From: Octopus sinensis
Taxonomy: Eukaryota
NCBI RefSeq assembly: GCF_006345805.1
Contig: NC_043010.1
Span: 62,186,001 to 62,250,000, forward strand
Direction of reading: 5' to 3'
DNA length: 64,000 nucleotides
The notes under the pieces were generated by a model. That model made no database searches and was not told where the DNA came from. It worked only from the letters and a program-made list of their open reading frames with translations. Positions within the stretch are counted from its first letter, which is position 1; each line of letters starts with the position of its first letter. The translations under genes and the position numbers were made by a program. Shown here piece after piece: positions 23,768 to 36,174 of this stretch.

Positions 23768-24899
23768 GACTGTCTTAACATATCATCTCGACCGACCGAA
23801 AAAACACCAACACAAATTTTCTCCACCCTTTCCCGGCCATTGGATCTGTCGACCGTAAAACAATAAAGCACAGAATATTTCGGAATAAATATATATATAT
23901 ATATATTTTCTTTTTTTTTGAGAAAACAGAATTTGTTGAATGTTTCACCTTTCTTTGTACATATATATATATATATATGTATATAATTATAGATATATAT
24001 ACATATATATTTTTTTTACATATATATATATATATAGATGTTAAATTGATGATGATTGTGGTAGTAATTACTATTGTTTGTTGTGGTTGTTGTGCTGGTT
24101 TTTTCTCTTTTTTTGGTGATTTTGTTTGAAGTTTTGTGTATGGAGGGGGGGAAATTCGTGTAGTTTTCTGTGAATTTCCTCCCCGGGGTGGGTGACAGGT
24201 GCTATATGCTATCTAAACACATCGGGGACCGCTTTTATTTTATCTGTTTTTTTGTGAAATCCCACTTTCCAAGTGGATACCAACACAGGGGGAGACAATA
24301 TGACACACAGACAGACCGACCAGAATGTTTTATTTACTGAAAAAATTTTTTATCGTAAAACTTGTCGAGTGACTCAGAAAGAGATGGATGGAAACGAAGG
24401 GAGATAACTCGACGGCCAACCTCTGCCACCACCATACAACATTGCCTCTTCCTTACACTTCCTCTCGCGCTGCTGATTACAGGACATGTTTTTTACCGTA
24501 CTGACGTACTCTCTCTCCCTCTCAGCCTCCCCTTCCTCTCTATCCACATCTTACTCTATCACACAAACTCTCTCTCCTCCTCACTCTAGCCGATCACCCA
24601 TTCACTCGCTTATTTTTTCTCCCTCCCTTTAAATCTATCTCTCCTTCTCTCGTCCTCGCCTCATCCTCTCATTCACTCTCTTCTACCTTACTCTCTATCA
24701 GTTCTACTCCGCCTCTGCTATTCACATTAATATATGCAAGGTAGAAAGGGAAAGAAAGAGAGCGAATACTGCGTCTATTATCGATTAAGATAGATCGATC
24801 TAATAATGAGCAGATGTATCATGAATTGCTATATATCTGAATCGTTTCTTGATCGGTGTATATTTTTAGAATTATATATTATACGATCTAAGGGTGTGT

Positions 24900-25275
24900 G
24901 TATGTTTGCGTTTATCTATACATTTATATAATATATTATACATTTTTACATATAATATTATATATATTATATAATATATATATATTATATAATATATATA
25001 TATAGAATATATATATATTATATATAATAATATATATATTATATAATATATATATTATATAATATATATATAGAATATAATATATATATTATATAATATA
25101 TTATATATATATATATATTATATAATATATATATATAGAATATAATATATATTATATATATATTATATATATAATAATATATATATATTATATATATTAT
25201 ATAATATATATATATATATTATATATTATATATATATTATATATATAACAAAATTTTTATATATATATATTATAT

Positions 25276-25310
<35 letters not shown>

Positions 25311-25536
25311 ATATATATAATATAATATATATATTATATATATAATAAAATTTATATATATATCATGATGATGATGTGTAAGATATATATTCTATATAAT
25401 ATATATTACAAAATATGTGTATATAATATATATATATATACATACATATATAGACATATATATATCTACACACACATGTATGTAATATATGTATGAATGT
25501 ATATAAATATATATATATTATATATATATATATAAT

Positions 25537-25579
<43 letters not shown>

Positions 25580-25580
25580 G
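24900..25580. repeat. ~700-bp nearly pure A/T degenerate (TA)n minisatellite
   Basis: Directly visible; almost no G or C between 24940 and 25360. Confidence 0.95.
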
Positions 25581-25877
25581 TATTTTTTAAATAGTTCACA
25601 CATACAAACATTTGTATACCTCTGTATGTATATATTTATATTTCATAACTATACATAATTATGTTTATAGAATTCCATTACATATAACCAAACATCCACA
25701 CCTGAATAGATGCAGAATTAGAAATAATTTAATTGGCTTTGTACCAAATATAGTTTATTTGAAAAGAAGTCTCATTAAATGGCAGTTCAAAGACAATTAT
25801 ATAAATATCAAGTAATGTTGTGAAGACCTAAGAAAATCAAAATCGTAATCTATCAACATCAATGGAATATGTAGCGG

Positions 25878-26250
25878 TGATACCAGTGCCGGAGGCACGT
25901 AAGAGAACCATCCGAACGTGGATGTAGCCAGCACCGCCCGACTGGCCCCTGTGCCGGTGGCACGTAAAAAGCACCATCCGACCGTGGCCATTGCCAGCTT
26001 CGTCTGGTCCTCGTGCCGGTGGCACGTAAAAAGCACCATCCAATCGTGGCCGTTTGCCAGCCTCGTCTGGCACCTGTGCCGGTGGCACGTAAAAAGCACC
26101 CACTACACTCACGGAGTGGTTGGCGTTAGGAAGGGCATCCAGCTATAGAAACACTGCCAGATCAGACTGGGCCTGGTGCAGCCTTCTGGCTTCCCAGACC
26201 CCAGTTGAACCGTCCAACCCATGCCAGCATGGAAAGCGGACTTTAAATGA
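25878..26250 (+). mobile_element. Family B copy with four ~63-bp internal tandem units
   Basis: GTGCCGGTGGCACGTAAAAAGCACC-type units start at 25886, 25951, 26013 and 26076. Confidence 0.85.
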
Positions 26251-26817
26251 TGATGATGATGATGAATAGTGGATAGAATCAGCACTAGGGATTGAACTCC
26301 CTTTCTGCAGCGCTTGCCCTATGACTGTTTTTGATGAGTGCTGTGCACAAAACAGCCCTTCAGTCAATTTTGAGTTATTCAGGTGTTTAATATATTTAAC
26401 ATAGGCATTTTGGCTGATGCCAGTGTCACATAACTGGCACATACAAAGCACCATTCCAGCGTTGGGCCTCACAAAAGCAACGTAGCTGTTGCCAGTGGCA
26501 TGTAAAAAGCACCCATTACACTCTCGGATCGGTTGGCTTTAAGAAGGGCCCCCAGCCATAGAAGCCATGTCAGATCAGACTGGAGTTTAGTGCAGCCCCT
26601 CACCTTGACAGCCCTGGTCAAACTGTCCAACCCATGCCAGCATGGATAACGGATATTAAATGATGATGATGATGATGGTGATGGTGATGATGATGAGGAG
26701 GAGGAGGATAATCCTTTCCACTGTAGGCACAAGGCCTGCAATTTTGGGAGAGTGGTCAACTCCAGTGCTCGACTTCACTGATCCTGATAGGATGAAAGGC
26801 AAATAATAATAATTATA

Positions 26818-27040
26818 ATGCAAGCTCAAAAAACTGCTCCGTCGGGAACATCAAGGATCTTGAGATTGGTTCTCGGGTGTTAAATATCTTCCACAATAGT
26901 TAACACCAAAGTACCAAGTCTTATAATTCACAGAAAGAGACCCTGGGAGACATTGTGAGACCTTTGACAACTGGTTGCTGTCTGTTCTCACAGAATTAAC
27001 CAGAGAAAGTAAGATTTAGAGATCTGAGAAATAAAATACA
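26818..27040 (+). mobile_element. R4/Dong-like (restriction-like endonuclease) LINE 3' remnant
   Basis: MQAQKTAPSGTSRILRLVLGC* resembles the C-terminal QK..LLGTARILR.VL motif of R4-clade elements, and lies beside (AAT)n. Confidence 0.5.
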
Positions 27041-27043
27041 ATG

Positions 27044-27593
27044 ATAATAATAAATGCCCTGATGCAGTACCAGGCAGTGGCTCTCGTGGCTTCTGATCTT
27101 AACTGATTGGAAGTGTTATCATGTACATTTTTTTGTCTTGGTATAAAAGATGGACTACAGCAAATATTCTGCTCAATACCACAGATTTGCTTGTCAGTTG
27201 TTTGACCTTAACCAGTTGAGCATGTCCCTTAGTGGCTGACGATATGTGCATCTCTGATCATGAGCAGAAGTAGTGGGGGAGCATCATAGCCATGTGTTGA
27301 GAGGGATTCTTTGGGGTTTGAATAATTCACCTCTGGAAACATGGGTTGTTCTTTCAACATCCTTTTGATTCAGGGACCTTTTGAGCGGGATGGGTTACTT
27401 GACAGGAAGAAAATTCTAACTGGGCCCCACCTGCAAGGTCATGCACTGTTTATTTTGATATGAGATCACCATGTTGCATACATATGGTTGTGATGCATGT
27501 GCCTAGTGTACCCTTATCAGACGGGTAGTCATGATGAGTATACTGGGCTTCATATATTTTGCTGCTCTCTCAATCAATAATAATAATAATAAT
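27044..27593 (+). mobile_element. Family D, copy 2 (small internal deletions)
   Basis: Collinear with copy 1. Confidence 0.85.
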
Positions 27594-27711
27594 GCTTTCT
27601 GCTAAAGGCACAAAGCCTGAAATGTTGTGCAGAAGGGACTGGTTGATTACATTGACCCCAGTGTTTCCCCGATGCTAAATTTATCAACCCCAAAAGAATG
27701 AAAAGCAGAAT

Positions 27712-28400
27712 TATCATCATCATTTAATGTCTGCTTTCCATGTTGGCATGGGTTGGACAGTTTGACTGAAAACTTGTAGGCTGGGGAGCTGTATTAAGTT
27801 CCAGTCTGATTTGGCAAGGTTTCTACGGCTGGATGACCTTCTTAACACCAACTTCTCCAAGAGTGTAAAAGGTGCTTCTTACGTGCCACTGACACAGGTG
27901 CCATTTATGTGGCACTGGCAACAGCCATGACAATGATTTCTCTTGGCTTGACAAGTCTTCACAATCACAGTTCAACACCAAAGGTCTCGGTCACTTGTCA
28001 TCACCTCTGTGAGGCCCAACATTCAAAGATCATGATTCACCACCTTGTCCCATGTCTTCCTGGGTCTTCCTTTACCACATTTTCCCTCCACAGTTAGAGA
28101 TTGGTGCTTCTTTACCCACATGTTCTTCTCCATACATATCACATGACCATACCAGCAGATCCGTCTCTCTTGCACACCACATCTGATGCCTCTTATGCCC
28201 AGTTTTTCTCTCAAGACACTTACGCTCTATCGCACATGCACACTGATGTTGCACATCCAACAAACAATAATGGCTTCATTTCTTTCAAGCCTTCACTTGT
28301 CCTCTGTGGTCACAGCCCACATTTCCCTGCCATGGAGCACAGCTGTTCACACACAGGCATCATACAGTCTGCCTCTCATTCTCATGGAGAGGCCCAATAA
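27712..28400 (-). mobile_element. RTE LINE 3' fragment plus family B tail
   Basis: LREKLGIRGIRCGVQERRICWYGHV...GRPRKTWDKVV translation, followed by the tail. Confidence 0.88.
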
Positions 28401-28749
28401 GAGAGGACACCAAAACAAAAAAAAGGTTATGTAATAAACTTCATTAGCTTACAGCTGTTTCTGCTATAAAATGTGGTGGACTCTCAGTTGAGTACCCAGA
28501 TAACATTCTACAGCTTCATCAGAGCCTTGAATATAAGTACACTTTATCTGGGAAAATTATGTCTTCATAACATCCAGGTGTTACAAGTGAGAAAGTCTAT
28601 GTTGATGCTTATGGGAAAGTCTGTCCAAAAGTTAAAAAAAGTATGCAAATATATGCATGTGCTTACACCGTATATCTCTGCTCTCTCTCCTTGACTGAAT
28701 GTCTGCATGAATTTTCTTTTCTTTTCATTCTGGTATGTATGTATGTGCA

Positions 28750-29596
28750 TAACTTAGTTATCATTCAGCTAGTGTTAGGAACATAAATTGTGACTAAGAT
28801 TTGGCGGAAGATTGTAATTCAAAACTTATGAAAACAAGACATTTGTACTCAGAGCCAGAACCGGTTTTAGCCAGGTTGGTATCAAAAGGGTTAAGAATTA
28901 TTTCTCTGTTATATATTTTAACCCTTTTGTTACCATATTTCTGTTGAGATGCTCTGTGTTTCTTTCAATTAATTTTAAATATAACAAAGAATTTAGTAAA
29001 ATAACTTAGTTATCATTCAGCTAGTGTTAGGAACATAAATTGTGACTAAGGTTTGGTGGAAGATTTTAATTCAAAACTTAGGAAAACAAGACATTTGTAC
29101 TACAGAGCCAGAGCCGGTTTCAGCCAGGTTGGTATCAAAAGGGTTAAGAATTATTTCTCTGTTATATATTTTAACCCTTTTGTTACCATATTTCTGTTGA
29201 GATGCTCTGTGTTTCTTTCAATTAATTTTAAATACAACAAAGAATTTAGTAAAATAACTTAGTTATCATTCAGCTAGTGTTAGGAACATAAATTGTGACT
29301 AAGATTTGGCGGAAGATTTTAATTCAAAACTTTTGAAAACCTGACATTTGTACTACAGAGCCAGAAGCAGTTTCAGGTGGGTTGGTATCAAAAGGGTTAA
29401 GAATTGTCTCTTTATTATATATTTTAACCCTTTTGTCGCCATATTTCTTTTGAATCCTCTGTGTTTCTTTCAATTAATTTTAAATAGAACAAAGAATTTA
29501 GCAAAATAAATTAGTTATCATTAAGCTATTGAAAACAAGACATTTGTACTACAGAGCCAGAGCCGGTTTCAGCCAGGTTGGTAATGAAATGGTTAA
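28750..29596. mobile_element. Tandem array of family G piggyBac-like MITEs (one partial, two full, one deleted)
   Basis: TTAACCCTTT starts at 28918, 29171 and 29424 (253-bp period), with TTAA-bounded inverted termini and a conserved 23-bp spacer. Confidence 0.9.
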
Positions 29597-29599
29597 AGG

Positions 29600-29880
29600 A
29601 ACAAGTCTACTGTACCAAATCAAAGACTTTGGAAGAAGTTGAAGGGAGAATATGAGAAGTTATGTCTTCTTGCATCCCACAAGAGTTTCTAGTGGAATCA
29701 GTTGCCACAATTCCTGGGCGACTCAAGAAGCTGGTGGCGACACCTGGAGCCCAAAGCAAAGTTTAAATAAAACTCCATACTAGGAGCTTTCCTCTCATAT
29801 CCATTTTTTTGTAAAAATTACAATTAATAAATAATTTATAAATATTTAAAAATAGGGAGTTACTTTTCATTCACTCTGTG
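29600..29880 (+). mobile_element. Tc1-like transposase C-terminal remnant
   Basis: IPQEFLVESVATIPGRLKKLVATPG resembles the Tc1 C-terminal helix region. Confidence 0.45.
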
Positions 29881-29889
29881 TATATCTTT

Positions 29890-30305
29890 TATCTTTTACT
29901 TACGTCAGTCATTTGACTGTGGCCATGCTGGGGCATCGCCTTGAAGAATTTTTAATCAAATGAATTGACCCCATTACTTCCATTTTTTTTGCCTGGTACT
30001 TATTCTATTGGTCTGTTTTGCTGAACTGCTAAGATATGAGGATGTAAACAAACCAACACCGGTTGTGAAGTGATGGTGGGGGACACACACAGGCACAAAG
30101 ACACTCACGCACACACTCATACACACACACACACAGGTAGGCAAACACATACAAGAGGCTTCTTTCAGTTTCCACCTACCAAATCCACTGACAATGATTT
30201 GATTGGCCCGAGGTTATAGCAGAAGACACTTACACAAGGTGCCGTGCAATGGGACTGAACTTGGGACCATGTGATTGGAAAGCATGCTTTTACCACAGGA
30301 GCCAC
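29890..30305 (-). mobile_element. Family A SINE
   Basis: Collinear with the other copies. Confidence 0.8.
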
Positions 30306-30660
30306 ATACATTTTGCTGAACTTGTGAAACATGTAATATGGAATGGCTGATAAAAACAACGTCCAAATTTGGTGTTAAATTATGAAGCGACTTTTATAAT
30401 CCAAGCCTAGAGAAGATAAATGCTTTGAGCAATTATAATTTTTATTTAATCAATAAATCACTGTTTATATCCCCTATTGATGAATGCTGGTTAAAAATCA
30501 ATAACAAACCAAGTGCTAATAGGCTGTACCAAAGCAAGATGGAAGAAAGAGGTATGTTATTACTAAACTTGAGTCTGCAGTAAATTCCTTTTCAAGAGAG
30601 ACACTACAACCAGACCAACAAAAAAAGACGAGAAAATAAACTATAATGAAGCTTTTGTTG

Positions 30661-30890
30661 CGAGCTGGCTGAAACGTCAGCATGTTGAGCGAAATGCGTA
30701 GCCGTATTTCGTCTGCCGTTACATTCTGAGTTCAAATTCCGCCGAAGTCGACTTTGCCTTTCATCCTTTTGGGGTCGATAAATTAAGTACCAGTTGCGTA
30801 CTGGGGTCGATATAATCGACTTAATCCGTTTGTCTGTCCTTGTTTGTTCTCTCTGTGTTTAGCCCCTTGTGGGTAGTAAAGAAGTAGGTT
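30661..30890 (+). mobile_element. Family C tRNA-derived SINE
   Basis: Head GAGCTGGCTGAAACG...GAGTTCAAATTCC and central GCCTTTCATCCTTTTGGGGTCGATAAATTAAGTACCAG. From memory this resembles the Meta/MESC-type SINE domain; not verified. Fragments also occur near 3000, 10030, 32970 and 57350. Confidence 0.75.
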
Positions 30891-31129
30891 TCATTTGGAG
30901 AGAAGATAAGATGGAACCCTGGTGGACTTTGTACATTGAACGAAGGAGAAAAGGTTTTAAGTTTTAGCAACTTAAATCGAAATGAATTTCAAAGCACCAA
31001 TTCCAAAGGAAGAATATTTTGGAAGAAATGTTTGGAACTAAATCAAAGAACAACTTTTACGTAACTGGATGCATGTCACCTGCATTCGCTCATCAGTACC
31101 TAATGCAGGTAACACATTGTGGCTTTTTA

Positions 31130-31362
31130 ACACTTTTACTCTTTTACTTCTTTCAGTCATTTAACTGTGGCCATGCTGGAGCACTGCCTTTAGTCGAGCA
31201 AATCGACCCCAGGACTTATTCTTTGTAAGCCTAGTACTTATTCTATCGGTCTCTTTCGCCGAACCACTAAGTTACAGGGGCGTAAACACACCAGCAACGG
31301 TTGTCAAGCGATGTTGTGGGGGGACAAACACAGACACACACACATACATATGTGTGTGTATG

Positions 31363-31393
<31 letters not shown>

Positions 31394-31520
31394 ATGTGTG
31401 TATATGTATATATATATATACACATATACATATATACAACAGGCTTCTTTCAGTTTCCGTCTACCCATAACTATATGTTTGGCAAACAAACCTCTTAACC
31501 ACACACCCACACTTGTGCCT
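31130..31520 (-). mobile_element. Family A SINE
   Basis: Collinear with 34487-34888. Confidence 0.8.
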
Positions 31521-31589
31521 TTATTTTTGTCATTTATGTCAGAAAGCCAGAATGTGTTGTTACCTGCATCAGTTATTGACTAACGAGTG

Positions 31590-32770
31590 CAGGTGACATG
31601 CATCCCGTTACGTAAACGTGAACAAAGCACCAGACAAAGGATTTGGCAAAATGGTTGGTTGATAATAAAATTATATTCGAGAAATATTGATAACACACCA
31701 CTATTTAATGACACAGTTTCATGGTTTATTCATGAAATGTCAAATTTTTGTGAAAGTCGGCTAATAAGCTGGATTAAAATGAGCTGCAGACTCACTTTCC
31801 AAATGGATGAGTCAACCGACTTTGCTGATGCAGCAGCCACAGCAGCGTCTGAACCCTGTGTTTATGAAAGTGGCATTGAAGAAGACTTGTTAATTAGCCA
31901 GACTTTTAAGAGTTATGCTGGGGTGGAATTAAATATTAATCTAATTCATTTACGGGAAGAAGAAATGAAATTTTCTTTGAAAATTTGTTTTAGAATTTGT
32001 ACCGATGGAGCAGAAGCTGTGGAAGGGGAACATTTCTGATTCTGTTACCAGAATAAAAAAGGAGAAAAAAATCAGAGCCGAATATACCGTAAATCCTCAA
32101 ATGTAATCCGCATTTTTTTCCCCAAATTTAAAGGTCAAAATCCCTTGTGCGTATTATACATGAGGTTAAAAAATGAAAAATATTTCCTAAGCAATGTCCG
32201 AGTCTCTATTCGCTGTCCGACAATGTTTATTCAGACACATTTTGTGATGTCGGGCACGAAAATACTTTAAGCTAAGCCTGAAAGCAATGAAGTCATAAAA
32301 GAATCATCCATAACTTGCAGTAAGCAACATTTATTAAACATTATTACTGTTATTTCTTTATTTTCTGCAAACAAAATGCACAAAAAAGCTACACATTTGC
32401 ATTATGTTATATATACAATAATTATAAAGGACGTTACTGTATACATTTTTACAAACCAAGGACATTATATAGACCTCCTTGACTCAAGTTAGAGAAGGGG
32501 TGCGTATTATACTCAAGGTTTAGGTTTTTCAGAGGTACAGCCCCCTAAAAATCCCCTGCATATTATACTCAAGGGTGGGCTATACTCAAGGATTTATGGT
32601 AACCACTATTGTCTTCATCATAATCTTTTGCTATTGTGGAGAAATATATGCTTCATGAGCTGAAATTAGTTGTTAAACTATGTTATAAAATATTTCAGTT
32701 TTGTATTTGGTTGGTGAGATTTTCAATGTGAACTCATGTGGTGAAAACAAATCTTGTATCTCGGGAGGGT
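31590..32770 (+). mobile_element. hAT (Buster/Charlie-like) transposase remnant, split by a MITE
   Basis: FQMDESTD...IEEDLL...ICTDGA motifs of the hAT catalytic region; transposase-like sequence appears to resume after 32601. Confidence 0.7.
32085..32601. mobile_element. pogo/Tc2-type MITE
   Basis: Termini TACCGTAAATCCTC / GGATTTATGGTA, with subterminal TTATACTCAAGG repeats. Confidence 0.75.
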
Positions 32771-33445
32771 CATTGTGCCAATAATAACCACAAGCACTGG
32801 TTCTGTTTCACTTGCTAAGTACCAGTGAAATACTGGTGTCAATGTGATCGACTAGTCCCCTCTTCCAATTCCAGGCCTTGTACCTATAGCACAAAGGATT
32901 ATTATTATTATTATTATTATTATTATCATTATTATTATTGTTGTTGTTGTTGCTATTATTATTATTATCAGGTTGACTTTTCCATTCATCCTTTTGGGTT
33001 CAATAGATTGAGTACCAGTAAAATACTGGGGTTGAGGTAATCAACTAGTCCCCTCCCCCAAAATTCAGGCTTTATGCCTTTAGTAGAAAGCCCAGTTCGG
33101 GATTTGAACTTGCAACCTCACAATCATAAGCTCGACACTCTAACCACTGAGCCCTGTGCCTTCATGACTTGCCATACACTTCCGTTAATTAGTAATGTTG
33201 CCAATAGCCGTACACACAGTTTCCCTGCATCCCCAGCGCTTTGGAGACCTTACTTTTGGGATTACCCTCGTATATATATATATATCAATACACACATGCA
33301 CACACACACACCTATACATGCATATAGGAAGGTGAGTCTATAGTAATACAAATTGCATTAATTTCTGACTCACACTTGTGTGTGTGCACATGCATGTGTT
33401 GCATGCATGCATGCATGTATGTGTGTGTGTGCATGCGTGCAGGCA

Positions 33446-33477
<32 letters not shown>

Positions 33478-34486
33478 CACACATGCTTGTGTTTGTCCCC
33501 CATCACCGTTTGACAACCAGTGTTGGTTTGTTTCTGTTCACATGACTTATTGTTTCCACAAAAGAAAAAAACCAACAGAATAAGTACAAAACAAAACCCC
33601 CCCAAAAAACAAGTATTGGGGCTGATTCGTTCAACTAAAAATTCTTCAAAGCAGTGCCCCAGCATGGCCACAGTCTAATGATTGAAACCAGCAAAAGATA
33701 AAAGATGTCACCTCCATAATTGTGCTTCCCTGTTTGTTATTCTCAACCAACCAACACAACACGAGAAATAAACCTCTTTATTCCTCACATTTCCAGAACC
33801 TTCTGTTGCATATAAAAACACCATTTTCTTTCTATTAAAATCAATGTAATTTCATAGATTTATTTCAAACACGGAATACACCAACAGAGATTTATATTTC
33901 ATTATATTATACTTAGAATATATATTTAATATCTTTTTTTTTTAATGAGAACAGACAGCTGATGTGGTTTAATTAATTTTAAAAATTATTAAGAATGCAA
34001 AAGTATATTAAATTAATTGTAATATATCTTATTGAATTGATCATTAATCTGTTATTGGTATTGATTTTCTGTCTATGCACAGCATTGAAAGTATCGTGAG
34101 TGGAGGTAGTTTGTTGATTAAGATTTTAACCCTAGAAAATTACAGGTATTTCGTTCTCTTGACTTACCCACTTCTGTCACCACCGGAAGGATGAAAGGTA
34201 AGGTTCAGCCCGGCATTACTCTGTTTAGTTGTGCTTTGTTGAAGGTATGACATTTTAGTGGTGGGGGTCACAATACTAAAATCCACCCAATACATCTTGT
34301 AGAGTGGTTGGTGTGAGGAAGGGCTTCCAGTTATCGAAATAATGGCAAAACATAATCACTCATCTAGATAGACATTAACTCCAGTGAGTTAAGGCCCACC
34401 TAGATCAGTGAGTCTTAACTGGGGTCCGTATGGCCCTTTTGGGTCCTTGTAAGATTTTGTTGTTAAAGGTTATGTGCAATAAATCA

Positions 34487-34888
34487 GTACTCTTTTACTC
34501 TTTTACTTGTTTCAGTCATTTGACTGCGGCCATGCTGGAGCACCGCCTTTAGTCGAGCAAATCGACCCCGGGACTTATTCTTTGTAAGCCCAGTACTTAT
34601 TCTATCAGTCTCTTTTGCCGAACCACTAAGTGAAGGGGACGTAAACACACCAGCATCGGTTGTCAAGCAATGCTAGGGGGACAAACACAGACACACAAAC
34701 ACACACCCATACATATAAATATATACATATATACGACAGGTTTCCGTCTACCAAATCCACTCACAAGGTATTGGTTGGCCCAAGGCTATAGTAGAAGACA
34801 CTTGCCCAAGGTGCCACGCAGTGGGACTGAACCCGGAACCATGTGGTTGTTTAGCAAGCTACTTACCACACAGCCACTCCTGCACCTG
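34487..34888 (-). mobile_element. Family A tRNA-derived SINE, near full length
   Basis: A box TGGCTGTGTGG, B box GGTTCAGTCCC, CORE-like CCTTGGGCAAGT, an internal (TA/TG)n tract, and a (GAGTAAAA)n tail. Confidence 0.9.
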
Positions 34889-35463
34889 TGAGAATTTTTT
34901 CTACAATTCCTTGTCATATTTAACTCTACTGTAGGGTTTTTCTAAGCATTGAATGGCGACAGGAGTCCAGTAGGGTAAAAATAGGGATCAAAGTGGTTTG
35001 AAGGCATTAAAAGGGTTGAACAACACTAACCTAGATGTCCACCACATTGTTCCGTTGTATGGAACAATATGACTAGCAGAGGGGATAGGAAAGGGGGTTA
35101 TTGCAGAAGATGACTTAGAGAGAAAGAAGAAAAAGTATGGAAGGGCAGACGGGATGACTGGGGGTGAGTGTGTGGAAGAGAGGGGAGAAATAGGGAAGGC
35201 ACTGGGCAAGAAGAGATGGAAAAAGTAATTAATGGTAAAGTATAATGAGAGAGTAATGGTAGCTGCATAAATGCTGGTAAATTTGGGAGAGGTGGTGTGA
35301 GAAATAGAGAGGATAGTTGTTAACCCACCCCCCATGGATGTGCTAGTGTTTTATTGTCACAGATGCATGTTACAGCACAACAAAAGAATATTCCAGTTCT
35401 ATAATTAAGAGATGAGGAATTATTTACATTTGATGGATATTTGCCCTCATATTGTTTGTTGTT

Positions 35464-35510
35464 AACACAACATTTCGGCTGATATACCCTTCAGCCTTCA
35501 TCAGGTGTCT
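35464..35510 (-). ncRNA. Minimal type I hammerhead ribozyme motif
   Basis: GACAC-CTGATGA-A-GGCTGA(agggtata)TCAGCC-GAAA-TG-TT-GTGTT: complete core, perfect 6-bp stem II and 5-bp stem I. Confidence 0.72.
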
Positions 35511-35558
35511 TTGGGAAATTTCGAACCTGGGTTCTCATTGCTATGGTATTTTTCAATG

Positions 35559-36137
35559 TTATTATTATTATTATTGAGTGAGAGAGCAGTGCCTGCCATC
35601 AAAGTGACACTGGGGTAAAATATACGAAGTCCAGTGTACCCATAATGACTACCCGTCTGATAAGGGTACACTAGGCACATGCATCACAACCGTATGTGCA
35701 TGACATGGTGATCTCATATCAAGATAAACAGTGCATGACCTTGCAGGTGGAACCCAGATAGAATTTTCTTCAAGTCAAATAGCCCATCCCACTCAAAAGA
35801 TCCTTAGATAATGTTTGTTTAAGGATGTTGAATGAAATACCCATGTTTCCAGAGGGGAATTATCCAAACCCCAAAGAATTCCTCTCAACACATGGCTATG
35901 ATGTTCTCCCACTACTTCTGCTCGTGATCAGAGATGCACAATATCGTCAGCCACCAAGGGACTTGCTCAACTGGTTAAGGTCAAACAACTGACAAGCAAA
36001 ACTGTGGTATTGAGCAGAATATCTGCTGTTGCCCAACTTTTATACCAAGACAAAACAATGTACATGATAACACTTCCAATCAATTAAAATCAGAAGCCAT
36101 GAGAGCACTGCATTAGGGCATTTACTACTACTACTAC

Positions 36138-36174
<37 letters not shown>
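35559..36174 (-). mobile_element. Family D, copy 3, nested in the (AAT)n tract of SINE E
   Basis: Reverse complement of copies 1 and 2. Confidence 0.85.

Noticed and set aside
25886-26100. CRISPR-like array of palindromic ~25-bp repeats with spacers
   Set aside because: The spacers are similar to one another, the unit is part of a retroelement 3' UTR present many times, there are no cas genes, and the context is eukaryotic.
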